From NCBI RefSeq assembly GCF_009914755.1, contig NC_060931.1: a stretch of 64,000 nt of DNA. The stretch is one strand, 5' to 3'. Every line of letters starts with the position of its first letter. Position 1 is the first letter of the stretch. Origin of the DNA: the human T2T-CHM13v2.0 reference genome, Homo sapiens. Of the stretch, positions 1-14,744 are shown piece after piece. Below the pieces are notes generated by a model. The model did no database searches, was not told the origin of the DNA, and saw only the letters and a list, made by a program, of their open reading frames with translations. The position numbers and the translations under genes are program-made.

Positions 1-151
1 AACAAGAGGGCAGAGATGTTGCTTTTCTAGCCTTTCTGCCTTTGAGTTTGCATATTAATAGCCTTGAATAGCTACTCAGTGTTCTAAATAATTGAAACTG
101 CTTTGCTTGATATCTACTTTATGATTGTTGCTTTAAAAATGACTAATTCTT

Positions 152-500
152 GGCAGGGCACAGTGGCTCATGCCTGTAATCCCAGCACTTTGGGAGGCCG
201 AAGTAGGTGGATCACCTGAGGTCAGGAGTTTGACACCAACCTGGCCAGCATGGTTAAACCCCATCTGTACTAAAAAAATACAAAAACTAGCCGGGCATGG
301 TGACGGGCGCCTGTAGTCCCAGCTACTCAGGAGGCTGAAGCAGGCGAATCCCCTGAACTTGGGAGGCGGAGGTTGCAGTGAGCCAAGATCATGCCACTTT
401 ACTCCAGCCTGGGCAACAGAGCGAGACTCCATCTCAAAAAAAAAAAAAAAAAAAAAAAAGAAAAAGAAAAAAAGAGAAAAGAAAAAGAAAAAGAAAAAAA
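152..500 (+). mobile_element. AluS (Sx/Sz-like), full length, long A/(GAAAAA) tail
   Basis: GGCAGGGCACAGTGGCTCATGCCTGTAATCCCAGC start, GATCACCTGAGGTCAGGAGTT, A-rich linker, GAGACTCCATCTC + poly(A). Confidence 0.95.
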
Positions 501-2445
501 GATTATTTTCCCTGGACAATTTTGACAACTTCCTGAAATGGGCCTTATGTGCTTGAAAATCTCACTGTTGGTCCACATTAGATATCTATAGAATCAAATT
601 AAATATGATGCTGATTTTGCCTTATGGAAGATATCAATATTTAATGTTCTTTTGTTTTCCTTTCTGGTTTAATCATCGATCATGCCTTGCAATCAAATAA
701 TCAATATTTATAGAACATCAGGAAACAGGAGGCAGAGTTTCCTGGAATATTAAGAACTAAGATCAGGACAACTTGGAGGTATCACAGTGACAGGCTGTGA
801 AACAACCTAGGCTACAAAATAGTGAAAACAGGAATGGAAAGGAAAGGCAGAGCTGAGACCTATTGAAGCAAAATCCCAGAAGATGATGATATGGGACAGA
901 GGAGATGAAAGAAAGGATTCAGGCGAAGGTGATACTGGCTCTCCACAAGCTGCCCAATGCAGTCCTGGTGTTCAGTGCTTTTGTCAAGAATAATTAGATC
1001 AAATCAAATCCTCCGTCTCAACAAACTCATTTGACATCATTAAAATAAAACAAAAACAAATAAGCACTTTTAAATTTTGGAAAACAAACTCTGGAAAACT
1101 GAACAAGGAATTTTGTGCTTCACCATTCACTGCTGACTCCTTTTGCATTAAGTCCAAACTAATACCCCAACAGGTTGATAGGTGAAATTATCCTACTGAA
1201 CATGTTTCAAAGACAGACAGGATTAAGACCATCATCTTTTCACAGAATGGCCTACTTCAAAGGAAGCCCATTCAAATGTAATAGCTGGATTTACATGGGT
1301 TAGTAGATTTACCCAGGGCCTATTTGAAATCTTCCCTCCATATAATATTTTAATCAATGCATAAGCTTTTCTGAATTATTAGAGGGAGAATAATAGAGTA
1401 ACATGCACTTTTATTTCCTTTTTACTGGTAAATGAGCAGAAGGCAAATAGGTTGGCTGAGATACACGGAGTGAGTCCGCCACAGCCCTTAAATTGTGGTT
1501 CTGGCTTTTATCCCTATGCTGAAGGCCATGCAGTGCTAACTACTGATTAAAAACTAAGATGGTGGAGCCCTGAACCTTTCCTGTAAATCCCCTAAGCCGG
1601 CAATACTTCTTAGGATTTACACACTAATATAAGAGATTCACAAAAGACACAACAGAGAGCTTCTGTGATAAAACCTTTCCAGAAGAGGCAAAGATGAGTG
1701 ATCTTCCTGGCAAAACCTCTGAGGAGGTTAAATGTGTGGTCAGGTTAGGTTTCACTAATGCACTTCTCTGGAGGTTTCACCCGGAGCTGTCCTCATTCCA
1801 AAACTCCAGGGTTTGGGTATAAATAGTTTGCAGAGGGTTAAGGTAGCCCAGAATGCTGAAAGTTACCTAACTTGGAGTGTCCATAGCATTGTTCTGAGTG
1901 GTCTCTGAGAAGACCTAAACCTTCTGACATTCACTATGTCAAACTCAAAGGAGAACAGGTTGAGGGACAGTGATGCTTAGCCAGAGCTTTACTGCACACA
2001 TAGGACAGCTTGTATCATTCCTAAGAAGTGTTGTCTATCACAGTCCAGTGACAGATTCAACCCCTGGACAAACCAAACTTCACAAGTTATTGCAGCAGCT
2101 CCATAAAGAAATATACAGCTCAGCCACAAGACAACCTATTAAAATCATACAACACTGATGCAAACACATTTACCCAAAATATAGATATGATGCAAGAGTA
2201 TGAGCTAATGAAAGTCAATAGGCATTGAAGGGATTAGGCTTTCATGTTTATAGAAGAAAAAAATGCAGAATGGTGGATTTGAGGCAAAGATATTTACATG
2301 AGGCAAAGAACAGGACTGTCAGAGCACCCTTCCCTGCAGGTAGAGGCTACAAGAGTTCACCAGAGGATAGACTACTTACTATAGAAAGAACACAGTGCAG
2401 TGTATCAACTCATTAAATTAGAAACAGCAGGAGCAAGAGCCGTAT

Positions 2446-2782
2446 GTTTTTTCTTTCTTTCTTTTTATTTTTTATTTTTTTAAAATTATTTTTAGGCAGG
2501 GTCTCGCCCTGTCACCTAGGCTGGAATGCAGTGGTACAATCATGGCTCACTATAACCCTACAACCTCTGCACCCCACCCCTGACCCCTGGGCTCAAGCAA
2601 ACCTCCTACCTCAGCCTACCAAATAGCTGGGACCACTGTCATGCTATTTTTTTTTGTATTTTTAGTAGAGATGGGTTTTGCCGTGTTGGCCAGGATGGTC
2701 TCGAACTCCTGAGCTCAAGTGATCCACCCTCCTCGGCCTCCCAAAGTGCTGGGATTACAGGCCTGAGCCACTGCACCCAGCC
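2446..2782 (-). mobile_element. AluJ, diverged, with C-rich insertion and internal deletion
   Basis: T-rich tail, GGGTCTCGCCCTGTCACCTAGGCTGG, J-type GAGCTCAAGTGATCC, ends CACCCAGCC; imperfect TSD AAGAGCCGTAT/AAGAGCAGCAT. Confidence 0.9.
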
Positions 2783-2841
2783 AAGAGCAGCATCTTTAAA
2801 ATGGAAGCTTTGTGTACACATATTGGTAGCCAGAAAGCAGG

Positions 2842-3305
2842 TTTCTTAGTTCTAGTTCCTCCAACATTTTCACACCCTGAAATAAGAATTTCAGAACTAG
2901 TAGTTTACTTGGGAGGTGCTCCTAGGAACACCAATAGAAGAGTGGACTTCAACATGATTAGAGAGGGAAGCCAATAAAAGTTTCATTATTAAGAAAGCTA
3001 CAACTTGGGTAAATGAAGCTTAACCCCGCTAGAGAACACTGGAAGCCATTGTAGGGTTATCAGAGCTACCCCATGTGAGGGTGGGGGAGCTGAGGTGTTT
3101 ATATTCCACGCCCATCTGTCATTGGGCATCAATTCTCTGGCACGTCCTGCCTGCTCTGAGCACTGGTAGAGCAGGTTTCAGCCACCAGAAAAAATCCTTC
3201 CACATGCAGAGATGCGATGCTGGCAGTTTATAGTCTGGCTGGGATGTGCTACAGAGACGGGGCCCCAAAGGGATATGGACAGGACACTGACAGGATCTAC
3301 ACACA
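2842..3305 (-). mobile_element. LTR16-family (ERVL) solo LTR
   Basis: TAGTTTACTTGGGAGGTGCTCCTAGGAACACC is the reverse complement of the LTR16 3' motif TTCCTGGGATCACCTCCCAAATAAACTA. Confidence 0.65.
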
Positions 3306-3488
3306 GGTCTTCCTCAGAAAATCCCCTCGGTATCAGGCTAGGAGACAGAGGTGAGGCAGGGAGAAACATGCTCTTTCTCCAAAGTATATTTTTCTCCCAT
3401 TTACTTCTGGCAGATACCCACTTCCAAGTTTCTGAATTTGCATGACTGAAAAGAGGCTAAGGTCCAAAGGAAGAAAGGTGTAATCATT

Positions 3489-4028
3489 TGTGGACAGCAG
3501 AATATGCCACGCCACAATATGCCCCTTGGGCATAAGGATTATTTTAAGCTAAAGACACTTCCAAAACCAGCGTGTACAAGAAGGGCTCTCTGGCCCTCCC
3601 CTTTTTCTTCCTGAAAGCAGGAGATAAAACTCCTACATGAAAACTGTCCTCCCTATACCAGAAGGAAAGTAACATTCTCATCCTCAAGGACCGGAAGTTT
3701 AAACTGAGAGAAATCAGCACAAACAAACCTTTTTAAACTAACTGTTATCTTCCTAGCCATTTCTCTATGATTAACTACCCTCTTCTAAGCCCCTTTGTCT
3801 TATCACCTTTTTATAATTTACTACTCTTTGTCCAATTCAGTTTATAAGCATTCAATTCTAACTGCTTTTGGGGGGTCATTTCCTTATGAAGCTTCCTCTT
3901 TCATGAAACATAAATATTTATATATTGTAAATAAAATGTTTCTCTCTTGTTATTCTGTCTTTTGCTATGGGGGTATAGCTGAGAGCTTGGAGGGGTAGAA
4001 AGAAAAGGATTTTTTTTCCTTCCCTATA
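3489..4028 (+). mobile_element. MER34/MER39-like ERV1 solo LTR
   Basis: TGT...CAGAATATGCCACGCCACAATATGCCCCTTGGGCATAAGGATTATTTTAAGCT start; CCTCCCTATACCAGAAGGAAAG; AATAAA; ends TTCCTTCCCTATA. Confidence 0.75.
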
Positions 4029-4396
4029 TAACAAAATATTACAGATGGGGTGACTTAAGCAACAGAAATTTATTTTCTCATAGTTCTGGATGCTAGAAGT
4101 ACAGATTAAGGTATCAGCAGGTTTGATTTCTCCGGAAGTCACTCTTCTTGGCTTGCCAATGACCACCTTCTCACCATCTCCTCACATGACCCTTACCCTG
4201 GTGTTTCTACGTATGTCCAGATTTCCTCTTCTTATATAGACAGCTATCAGATTGGATTGGGGCCCACTCATATGACCTCATTTAACCTGAATTACCTCTT
4301 TAAAGGCCCCATTTCCAAATACAGTCACATTCAGAGGTACTGGGGGTTAGGAGTTCAATATATAAATTTGGGAGGGATACAATTCAGTCCATAACA
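4029..4396 (-). mobile_element. MLT1B (ERVL-MaLR) solo LTR
   Basis: CAACAGAAATTTATTTTCTCATAGTTCTGGA ... CCAAATACAGTCACATTCAGAGGTACTGGGGGTTAGG ... CAATTCAGTCCATAACA. Confidence 0.85.
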
Positions 4397-4687
4397 GAGA
4401 GTAATTAGCACATTCATTCATGCATTTAGATTTGGATTCATGCATATTTCTGTGATGAAAGAAAAAATGTGTATTAACTAGGTCCAAATAAACAATTCGA
4501 GTTGACAGTAAAAATATATACAGAACTCTAGCTGTTGTCTTAAGTTGAAAGAAACCTTTTATGAGTTCCTGAAGACCCCAATCCATGATGTGAGGACCAT
4601 CTGTAATAAGACCCTCTGGTGTTTGGTTACTCCTGGCTCTACTCTATTAAATCTCGTGTGTGATTTGTGAAAGTTCAGTCACAGCAA

Positions 4688-4830
4688 GAACTAACCTCTA
4701 CTGAGTGCCTCTGATGCATCAGGTGCTGTGCTAAGCAATCTACATCGATTAAGTGATTCTTTTACTTGGGTATTAAATAATTAATATTTAACAGATGAGA
4801 AAACTGAGTTTTGCAGAGGCAAAGTAACTG
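4688..4830 (-). mobile_element. MIR fragment
   Basis: TACTGAGTGCCT...GTGCTAAGC; core ACAGATGAGAAAACTGAG. Confidence 0.7.
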
Positions 4831-5474
4831 AATTGTTTAGGTCTTTATTAAAGCAACTGAACTTGTCTCCTATCTCACAGTCATAGAAACACAAGCTTTA
4901 TGTATACTGCAATTTTTATGTTTAATTCAATAAATATTTAAGGTGAACCTATTAAGAAATGAGCTCAGCCTTGGAGGAAGGCAGGAAAAATGGGGTAATT
5001 TATAAGACTTTGGATCTGTCTCCAAGAGGCTGACTCTAATAGGCCTCTAGACTGTAATAGGGAGAAATAGGCCAATAGACTGTAATAGAGAGAAAGCAGA
5101 AATGTGCTAGGTAAGAGGGAGATATAATACAACCAACTGCAGTTCATGGCTTCACGAGAACTCAGGCAAAGAAGGTCTAAGTCACAGTAGGGAGAGTATA
5201 GGAAAGCTTAAAGAGGCAATTGGCACTTGAGCATGTAAAGTGCCCATAGGGCACTGATCCGGGTGGGTTCACCCACTCCTCCAGGCTTCAACAGCATGTG
5301 CTCACAAAGCTGAATCAAGAAGTAGAGCTCAGAACCCAGGAGCACTTCCATGGAGAAGGTAACATTTAAGAACAAGTACATTGCAGCCGAGGCTCTGTGT
5401 GGTGGGAGTCAGAGTAGTAGAGGTGGAAGACAGCAGCCCATGGGCTCAGCATGAACTATAAGTATGTGCTGTTG

Positions 5475-5745
5475 ACATGCAGAAGGATTTTATAAAATTA
5501 TATGCCAACATTTAAAAATTGGAAGGTTTCTCATTGAACTCTAGATTTTTGCCTGCTGTGGATAATCAAAAGATCTGGCTGCCCTGGGCCTGCTTGCCTG
5601 CCAGATGTGAGTAGCAGCTTCTCTTTCATTAGGTTAGGCTCTCTCCATTTGCTACAGTCCCACCACTCCCCATTTTCTTGCACCAGCTGACCTCACTCAC
5701 TTAAATTGCCTGCAGGCCCCTGTAAGCAGCTGAGGTTGTGTCACT
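5475..5745. mobile_element. hAT-Charlie MITE (MER102-like)
   Basis: TATGCCAACATTTAAAAATTGG...TAGATTTTT...AAGATCTGGCTGCCCTGGGCC and TTTGCTACAGTCCCACCACTCCC motifs. Confidence 0.55.
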
Positions 5746-5799
5746 TGACTGGGAATCATGGTGATTCAGAGGACTAAAAACTGAATGGAATCTGCCTAA

Positions 5800-5950
5800 A
5801 TCTTGGCTCTAGCTGTATGATTTGCCTCTCTATACCTCAGTTTTCTCATCGGTTATGTGGGTATAATGGAGTACCAAATCTACAGGAACCACTTCACACG
5901 TGTAGATTGCTTAGCACAGCATCTGAATCTTTGAGAGCTCTAAATAGAGG
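5800..5950 (+). mobile_element. MIR fragment
   Basis: CTCTCTATACCTCAGTTTTCTCATC core; TGCTTAGCACAG. Confidence 0.6.
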
Positions 5951-6719
5951 TGGGGTCTTAACCACTGTTGTTGTTCCAGGGTTTTGTTGGTGTGTATGAG
6001 TTTGTCTTTGGATAATTACCTCCATTAGAGAAAAATGCCAGTGAGCCCAGGTTTTCAGTTTGGAGCATATTTAGGTGAGTTAGTTTTGCACTGTTCCAAA
6101 AGCAGTTCTACAGCTCCCACTCAGCCAAGCCAAGCCATTTCATATATGCATCATTACTCCCAATAGACACCAGGAAAAATAGTCCAAAAAAGCATCTCAT
6201 TGTTGAAGAGGTGAGTGGCATCTTTTTATCAGACCAGGCACAAACATTTCTCTTAAAAAAAAGTCAAAAACATATCCAGTCTTTATTAAACCATGGATTT
6301 ATGCGACAGGCACACTTAATCAGAAAAAATAAAACTCTATTCTAAGAGATTAGGTGGCAGACATCAAAATGCCCCTAGTGATAACACTTTAGACAAGATT
6401 CAAGTTAGCAAAAGGGCATTACAGTAATACTTTTAACAGTTACATACATGAATCACATATATTCATAATTTTCCTCAGCTAAGAATAACCTGAGTTTACA
6501 CACAGACAGGGACTGATTTCACGATCGGGGGAGGCAGGTGATAAGGTGTTGGCTGCCAGATTAATCTACCAGGCATTTTAAATTTGCACTGAATAAATCC
6601 TACATGGGATGATGAGGACTGGTCTCCCTTAAGAAGTTACATAACCAAAAGTGGCCAGACTGCGGAGGGTACCCTCCTCTGTTCCTTTTGCTGCTGTAGT
6701 ACATGGGCTGAAAGTAGGG

Positions 6720-6907
6720 GCCAGGTTTCAACTTCCACTCCTTCTGTTAGCTGTATGTCCTGGGCAAGTCCCTTAACTTATCTATACCTCTGTTTCCCCA
6801 CCTAAAAAAGGCATTCAGTGATTATCTCTTGCACTGGGCTGTATTGACAATAAAATACAGAGTGCTTGGCACAGTACCTGACATATAGTAAGCACTCAAT
6901 GTTAGCC
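6720..6907 (+). mobile_element. MIR
   Basis: TAGCTGTATGTCCTGGGCAAGTCCCTTAAC ... GTGCTTGGCACAGTACCTGACATATAGTAAGCACTCAATGTTAGC. Confidence 0.8.
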
Positions 6908-7197
6908 CTTTATATTGTTATTAATTAAAGGTCAATTGATCACCCCTTTAAACAAAATGCCCAGAGTGTTCACCAGAACTGGAAAGAATTCTGTGTCTTT
7001 CTGTTTCTCTCCTGAGCTATCACCTTTGTGCCTGGAAAGGAGGAGGAACATTTGTTTTTCCTTCTCAGTGAAATGCAGGTTTACAAAGATTAAAAGGGTA
7101 CATATGGGTTTAGCTTGGAGCGTCCAGATATCGGAACTGCTACAAAAAAAGAAGGCAAAGTTGCAGAATTGAGAAAATGACAGCAATGGTTGACCTC

Positions 7198-7230
7198 GAG
7201 AGAGAGAGAGAAAGAGAGAGAAGACAGAGG
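7198..7230. repeat. (GA)n imperfect microsatellite
   Basis: GAGAGAGAGAGAGAAAGAGAGAGAAGACAGAGG. Confidence 0.85.
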
Positions 7231-8690
7231 AAACTCAGTAATTACGTTAGTCTTTCCTGTCATCCCAGCAAATGCAGAAGATGCAAATGTTGTAGTCATT
7301 ATCGGGTACCCAAAGCTTCATATGGGTGAGCAAAGATGAACATTTTTAGCATCATTTTGAATTACTGAGGTAACATTTATTTGTAGGAACACATGCAGTC
7401 AGATTAACATTTCAGCATTTTCAACTAATAATAAACTTTCAAATCAGGTAAAATTAACCCTACCGAGGACGATTTCCTATGACTTAGGGGGAAATTAACA
7501 AAATGTATTTCATTCGTGAGCAAGTTTCAATATCTCAATATTCTGGATTTACAACCAGACATGGGAATAATAGGTCCATGGAGACTTTGTTAATTTTTTT
7601 TTTCCCGAAGTCAGCTTGAAGAACTCCCTCCCTGTCATGATCAGGAGGTACAGAACCTGGAGCTGAAATCTTGATGGGCCCCAACAGACATGCATGCCTA
7701 GCTGATGATTCTCCTCACCTCTCTCTTAACCTGAGGACTCCTGGGCCATTTGGTGGGTAAATTTTATGACTGACACTAATTTATACAGGCTTTAGAAGGG
7801 TCCTTTTCTGCCTTGCAGCCTCTTGTCAGGAGACTGGAGCATCGGGGCTGTGGCAGTATAGACTTGAGTAAAATGCAGGGGAGAGGTGCCTTGGGAAATC
7901 TAACTTGGAGCAAATGGATCATCTTAGATAAGGGCATTGTTACAGGACTGAATTAAGATGTCAGCTGAATCTGGGTACAGGCTGTCCTTCCCCTGCCAGA
8001 GGAAGCTGTCCCTCTGCTGGGAAATAGCCAGGGATTCAGTAATGAGAGAGAGGCTGAGACGCTTGCTGGACAACAAGAAGGGAAGCAGGCACCTCTAGAG
8101 ACAATAATTAGCAACCAGAAGTGAACAGACCAGGGAAGAGGAAAAAATAGCCCAGGCACTTGATTTTGCTTACCTTTTCCTATTGTTTTCTGAAAATCAC
8201 ACTGATGATCATTGTACTTGAATCTACAGGGCTTGATTGGCCTATTCATATAGCAATTACAGTTTTGAGGGCTTTATACTTTTGTCTTAAGTTCCTGTAA
8301 TATAAGCGGCAGGCATGGGTTTAGTTACTGCCTGGGCAGCCTCCTGTCCAGCATGGGGGATCTTGGAAGGAACCTCCCAGGACTTAACCAGGATGTCTGA
8401 GAAAGGCAGAGAGGGAGTCCTTTCCACAGTTCTACTGGGAGACTGGGAATGTAAATTCATGCCACTCACTACAAACGCTGAGAAGCTCCTGAGCATTGCA
8501 TTTGCTTATGAAACATGCTCTCGACTTGATCAAATGAAAAACGATGTGAACTCTGCCCATGGGTTATTTACCCAGCAGTGAATGCTCCGAGTGTCTGAGT
8601 TTCTACTACCATGGAAGTCCCCGTGGGCCTTGGGCTCTTTTTCTCTGAATGTAAATAAGCCTGGTACCTTTGCATTTGTCCTCATATGTC

Positions 8691-8723
8691 ATATATATAT
8701 ATATATATATATTTTTTTTTTTT
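8691..8723. repeat. (AT)11 followed by poly(T)
   Basis: read directly from sequence. Confidence 0.9.
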
Positions 8724-8775
8724 GAATGACAGAATCATCTGAGAGGCTGTGCTCTGGGAAGCCAGCTCCTGAGGC

Positions 8776-8975
8776 CAGGGGTCAGCAAATTCCAGCTCAC
8801 AGGCCAAATCCAGCCTGCTGCTTTTTTTTTAAAAAATAAAGTTTTATTTATAGATTGTCTCTGGCTGCTTTTATGCCACAGTGCAGAGTTAAGTAGTTGC
8901 TAGAGAGACTGTCTGGCCTGCACAGCCTAGAATATTTCCTATGCGGTCCTCTATAAAAGAAGCTTGCTGGCCCTG
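8776..8975 (+). mobile_element. MER58A (hAT-Charlie MITE), both TIRs present
   Basis: CAGGGGTCAGCAAA ... TTGCTGGCCCTG termini; AAATAAAGTTTTATT, CAGAGTTAAGTAGTTG. Confidence 0.85.
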
Positions 8976-9171
8976 TCACGGGGTATGGCCCCCTCTCCAG
9001 ACTTCACTGGGAAGCCTGGTAGAGAGTAGGATGGAGGAGCAGGCATAACCTAAGTGGGTTCATTTACTCTTCTCTGTGCAAAGGGATCCCTCCTCACTCC
9101 TACCACAGGAATTACAAAGTTTCTTTTATCCTTCTTTTACCTTTGACCTTTGGGTGCACAGAGGTCAATAA

Positions 9172-9509
<338 letters not shown>

Positions 9510-9589
9510 AATGCTTGCTTATTTTGCTTTATTTCATTCGACCTTTTCCTCTTCAGCTTCCTTCACTTCCCTGCTTAGGCATGTTACTC

Positions 9590-9790
9590 TAAAGTGCTTG
9601 ATATGCATGTATTCTTATAAAATGTGGTTGTTAGTTGTATGTTCATGTTTTTAACGTACATAAATTATATTGTACTGTAAATCTCATTTCAGTTCATTCT
9701 TTTTCACTGCAAACTATTTTTGCTTGGCATCATATTTTTAAGATTCATCTGTGATGCTTGTGTGCATCTCATTTATTGTTTCAGATTACA
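9590..9790 (-). mobile_element. Old L1 (L1ME-like) 3' fragment
   Basis: T-rich; CATAAATTATATTGTACTG...TTTTTCACT...TTAAGATTCATCTGTGATGC resembles antisense L1M 3'UTR. Confidence 0.5.
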
Positions 9791-9863
9791 CCTCAAAGCT
9801 TTTAGGGGAAAAGGACAGTAGATTCTTCTCTCAGAAGGCGTGGGACCTCTGGTGTGTGAGTTA

Positions 9864-10388
<525 letters not shown>

Positions 10389-12271
10389 CTACAATCTAAT
10401 TTGTGGCCAGTCATTTCCAACTATGCATTGTCTATATTGGGTTCTCAGTGAAGGCAGACAAGGTTTGAGGCTTCTCAGAAGATGGAGATTCAGGTGGGCC
10501 TACCTCCAAAAAGACAAGAAGGACAGCCATGACAATGTTTGTCCTTGGACAGCTGCTGAATCAGTTCTACTATGCCCCCGGTGTTAGATTGACCTACCAG
10601 GACTTCAGCGCCCTCTTTCATTCCCACACCATGGCCTCTATAGGGAGGGATTGTTTGGCTCATAAGCTTTCCCAGCCCTTAGGCTCTGTGAGCTTTCAAT
10701 GGTTGACGGGTGGGATGAGGAGGGAATCTCTACAATTTACCAAATAAAGGGGGTTCAATCAATGATTTTGTGTTAGACTCAAGGGAAGAGTATTCAACTT
10801 CAACCAATTATTATTCCCAAGGAATATTGAAAATCGTTTCCTGACCAAAGATTTTAATCTCAGCTCTCATGAAGATTTAGGCTTTTCATGCATCTTTTCT
10901 ATATTGTTAAAAAAAATCTATGTCTTTTGACATTTGATGCTTTTCCAGTATGAGAGTATGTAATAAATGGTAGACTAAAACTAGGGATCTGCATGCACAT
11001 TTACAGTAATGTTTGAATTTTAATGATGTTAATGTCAGGCTCCTAAAGGAGAGCCAGAAAGTTTTTGTGGCGTACCTAATATACCATTCAAATTAGTACT
11101 ATTTGTTCTCCATCCATCCAGAAATGTCAGGGCATTACTGATTTACATGTAGGACAGTGTCTTGAGAAGGGACAGTAGTGAATTTAAAACGGGGCTGATC
11201 TACTGCAGAGTGTGATGGAGCAACCTTATTTATTGGCCCAGAGGGTTGAGGGTCTGCAGAGGAAGGTGGCAAGGGACTGAGCACAAGGCTTCACTGTGGA
11301 CAAAACTGTCCCCTAATTTGTCCCTTGGGGTCCAGACCAAGGCCCTTGGCAAGGCTACTAATTAAAGAAGGGGTCTTGATGATCCATAATTCACCCTTTT
11401 TGCATCCACTCAATACCTCCTTAAACTCAATTTTCCAAACTTATACAGGGAATGGAGGACTTGTAGTTCCACTGCTGGCTGATTTTTCATCTGAACAATT
11501 CCATCCCCCCAACAAAAAGCACACACACACACAAGTTAAGCTTGTCTGAATAAGATAACTCAGGCCAACTCTCTGCCTTTCTATCTCTTTATGAATATGA
11601 CTTCTATCTACCCACATCTCAGCATTGCAGACAGACAATAATCTTCCCAATTTGCATTTAACAGAGGTTAAGCAAACCTCTCTAAAATGTAACCTGCGAA
11701 GGGCTATACTTCTCGTGTATAGCTAAAGAGATTGTATACTAATTAAATGGAAGTGCCTATCTAGATTAAAGCAAGAAGTTTCACGACAGGAAAAGTCTTC
11801 ATCAGTGAGGAAAGCATGAAGCATAATTTCATTTAAAAATGTATTTTTTAGGGTAAACAGTTACAATAATGCAGATTTTCACACAGGAGGTCCCTAGTTT
11901 GTTCATCCTAATTAGGTATCTTCTTTTTTCCCTTACCTTGAGCAAGGGCAATCCTTTTAAACATACAGCAGAATAGAAGCACTTTTTAAGTACTTCAGCA
12001 AGTCAGCAAAGGGCTTTCTGCTCAGCAGTTGCTCTACTAAGAAATCTTCCTCCTCATTCCTGCTCCCATCCCCAAGACACATTCCAGAATTTAACTTAAC
12101 CTCTTTGATGGCTCCTAATGATCTTTATTCAACTATTTGTCATCTTCCCACCCACATTTAAAGTCACAAAATGTCAAATGTCTTTTTTTTTTTAAAGAAA
12201 ACCAAGATATTATAACTCCTTATGATAGCTGGGCCTAATGAACAGCAAATTTTTTACAATTTAAATGATGG

Positions 12272-12494
12272 CAGGCTCACACCTGTAGTCCCAGCACTTT
12301 GGGAGGCCGATTCGGGTGGATTATTTGAGCCCAGGAGTTTGAGACCATCCTGGGCAACATGGCAAAACCCTATCTCTATAAAAAATACACGAAAAAGATT
12401 AGCCAGGTGTGGTGTCTTGTGCCTGCAGTCTCAGCTACTCAGGAGGCTGAGCCTGGGCAACAAAGTGAGACCCTGTCCCCACAAAATAAATAAA
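12272..12494 (+). mobile_element. AluJ with right-arm deletion
   Basis: GAGGCTGAG joined directly to CCTGGGCAACAAAGTGAGACCCTG; TSD TAAATGATGG at 12262-12271 and 12495-12504. Confidence 0.9.
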
Positions 12495-13408
12495 TAAATG
12501 ATGGGCAAAAGGGGAAGTGCCAAATACCCATGGAATATGCTGAATTTGTAAATTAAAAAATACATAGAATCTACAATTATATCAAAATAACAATTTTAAT
12601 TTAAAAAAACACATAAAACCCTAATTTACTAGCCAGAGTTTCATGAACTTAAACCTATAAATATATAAGCTCAACACTTTTCACATTTGCTTATTAAAAT
12701 GAACATACTGAATTCATTTATACCTGCACTTTGAGACATTTTCTAAAGGAAATAATAAGCCACACTACTCCCCCATCACCTAACACTTTGAGATTATTGG
12801 TTCCCTTGAATTGTAAATAGTCTCTTGAAAGTTTCAAGGCTGCATTACTTTTCAAAAAGATCAGGCTAGATTGGGAAGCAATGTGGAAGACAATGAAACG
12901 ATGCAGTTTTGTACTTGTTGACACTTCTTAGGACACAAGCCACTAAGCTTTTCTGTCATCCCTTCCTCTCCCTCATCATTCTGCCTTATTTTCACCTGGA
13001 ACCATTTGTTTCTCTACCATTACTGAGCTCTGTGCAGAAAAACGAGATATATGTCAGAAATTCACAAGCAATGAATAGTTAGTATAATGCTTAGAGTAAG
13101 GAGGTGAAGGAAATATTTCTTTGGAGTTGGCTGCTATAAAGGAGGTACTTCTCGGAATCTGGTTTAATCTTAACGCTGTGCCCCACTACAGAAAGATTAT
13201 TTGCTTAAGGGTTCCCATAAGTTATGGGATATGCTATCCCATAACTTCTATCAGGCTCCTAGCTGTCTCATTTGAGGTAGGGCCCAAATGTCAGAAGCAT
13301 TCAAAGCACATGTTGAGTTTATAAGAATATTTCCTTTCAATATTCCTTACTCAGATTATTTGCCAGCAGATGTGGTCATTGAAAAGCTGTAATTAGAAAC
13401 CAGCACTA

Positions 13409-13723
<315 letters not shown>

Positions 13724-13826
13724 AGAAACCGGCACTATATCACAATACTGTAGTGGACTCGACTTTCCTTAGAAATCAACATGCTTAATGACATTAATAT
13801 CTGAATAGTAAGTTTCCTTTAAGTTG

Positions 13827-13947
13827 CTAGAATGTAAGTTTCTAGAGGACAGGGATTCTTATCTGTTTGTTCACTGACATATCCCAAGAGACCAGGGTAG
13901 TGCATGCATGTGTTAAATGCTCAATAAATATTTGTTGATTGAATAAA
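13827..13947 (+). mobile_element. L2 3' end
   Basis: CTAGAATGTAAGTTTCTAGAGGACAGGGATT ... GCTCAATAAATATTTGTTGATTGAATAAA. Confidence 0.85.
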
Positions 13948-14345
13948 GTTAGAAGACAAGGTTCAGCTGTGTGCATTAGACATTTGTGTTTGGGAAGTGG
14001 GAATAAAGAGGCAGTTAGAATCAACTGTTAAAAGACATGCCGTTGACACCTAATAGATATTAATCTCTTGGGAGGGTTTGCTTTTCAAAAGAGATTTCCC
14101 TTTTAAGTGTAACTGACTCACAGTAATGCAGGCTGGCAAAGGAAAGGCTGTAGAAGCAAAAGCAGTGAGGTTTTAATCTGCATGTCTGAACTATTCTTAA
14201 ATTCAGTTAACTATGGTCTTTCCCCACTTTGCAGAATTTTGAGTTTTTCTCCAAAAACTTTTCCTTAAAAATTGTTGTTTTCAACTACAACTTGTGTATG
14301 TGAAATATGAGCATGCAATGGTCTTTTTTTTGTTTTTTGTAGATG

Positions 14346-14681
<336 letters not shown>

Positions 14682-14744
14682 TAATTATACCTAAAACCCA
14701 CTATAGAGCTACCTCTATGTGCTCATGAAAATCAGCAGCCCAGA

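Noticed and set aside
133-556. ORFs of 131 aa and 65 aa, and similar ORFs at 9203, 9861, 22041, 27667, 32063, 36006, 52409, 53806 and 62200
   Set aside because: They are Alu reading frames ([19 protein letters not shown]) and poly(A/T) translations, not genes
11663-11723. Two 7-bp-stem hairpins (AGAGGTT/AACCTCT and GCTATAC/GTATAGC)
   Set aside because: Stems this short are expected by chance in 64 kb and are too small for an H/ACA RNA or pre-miRNA
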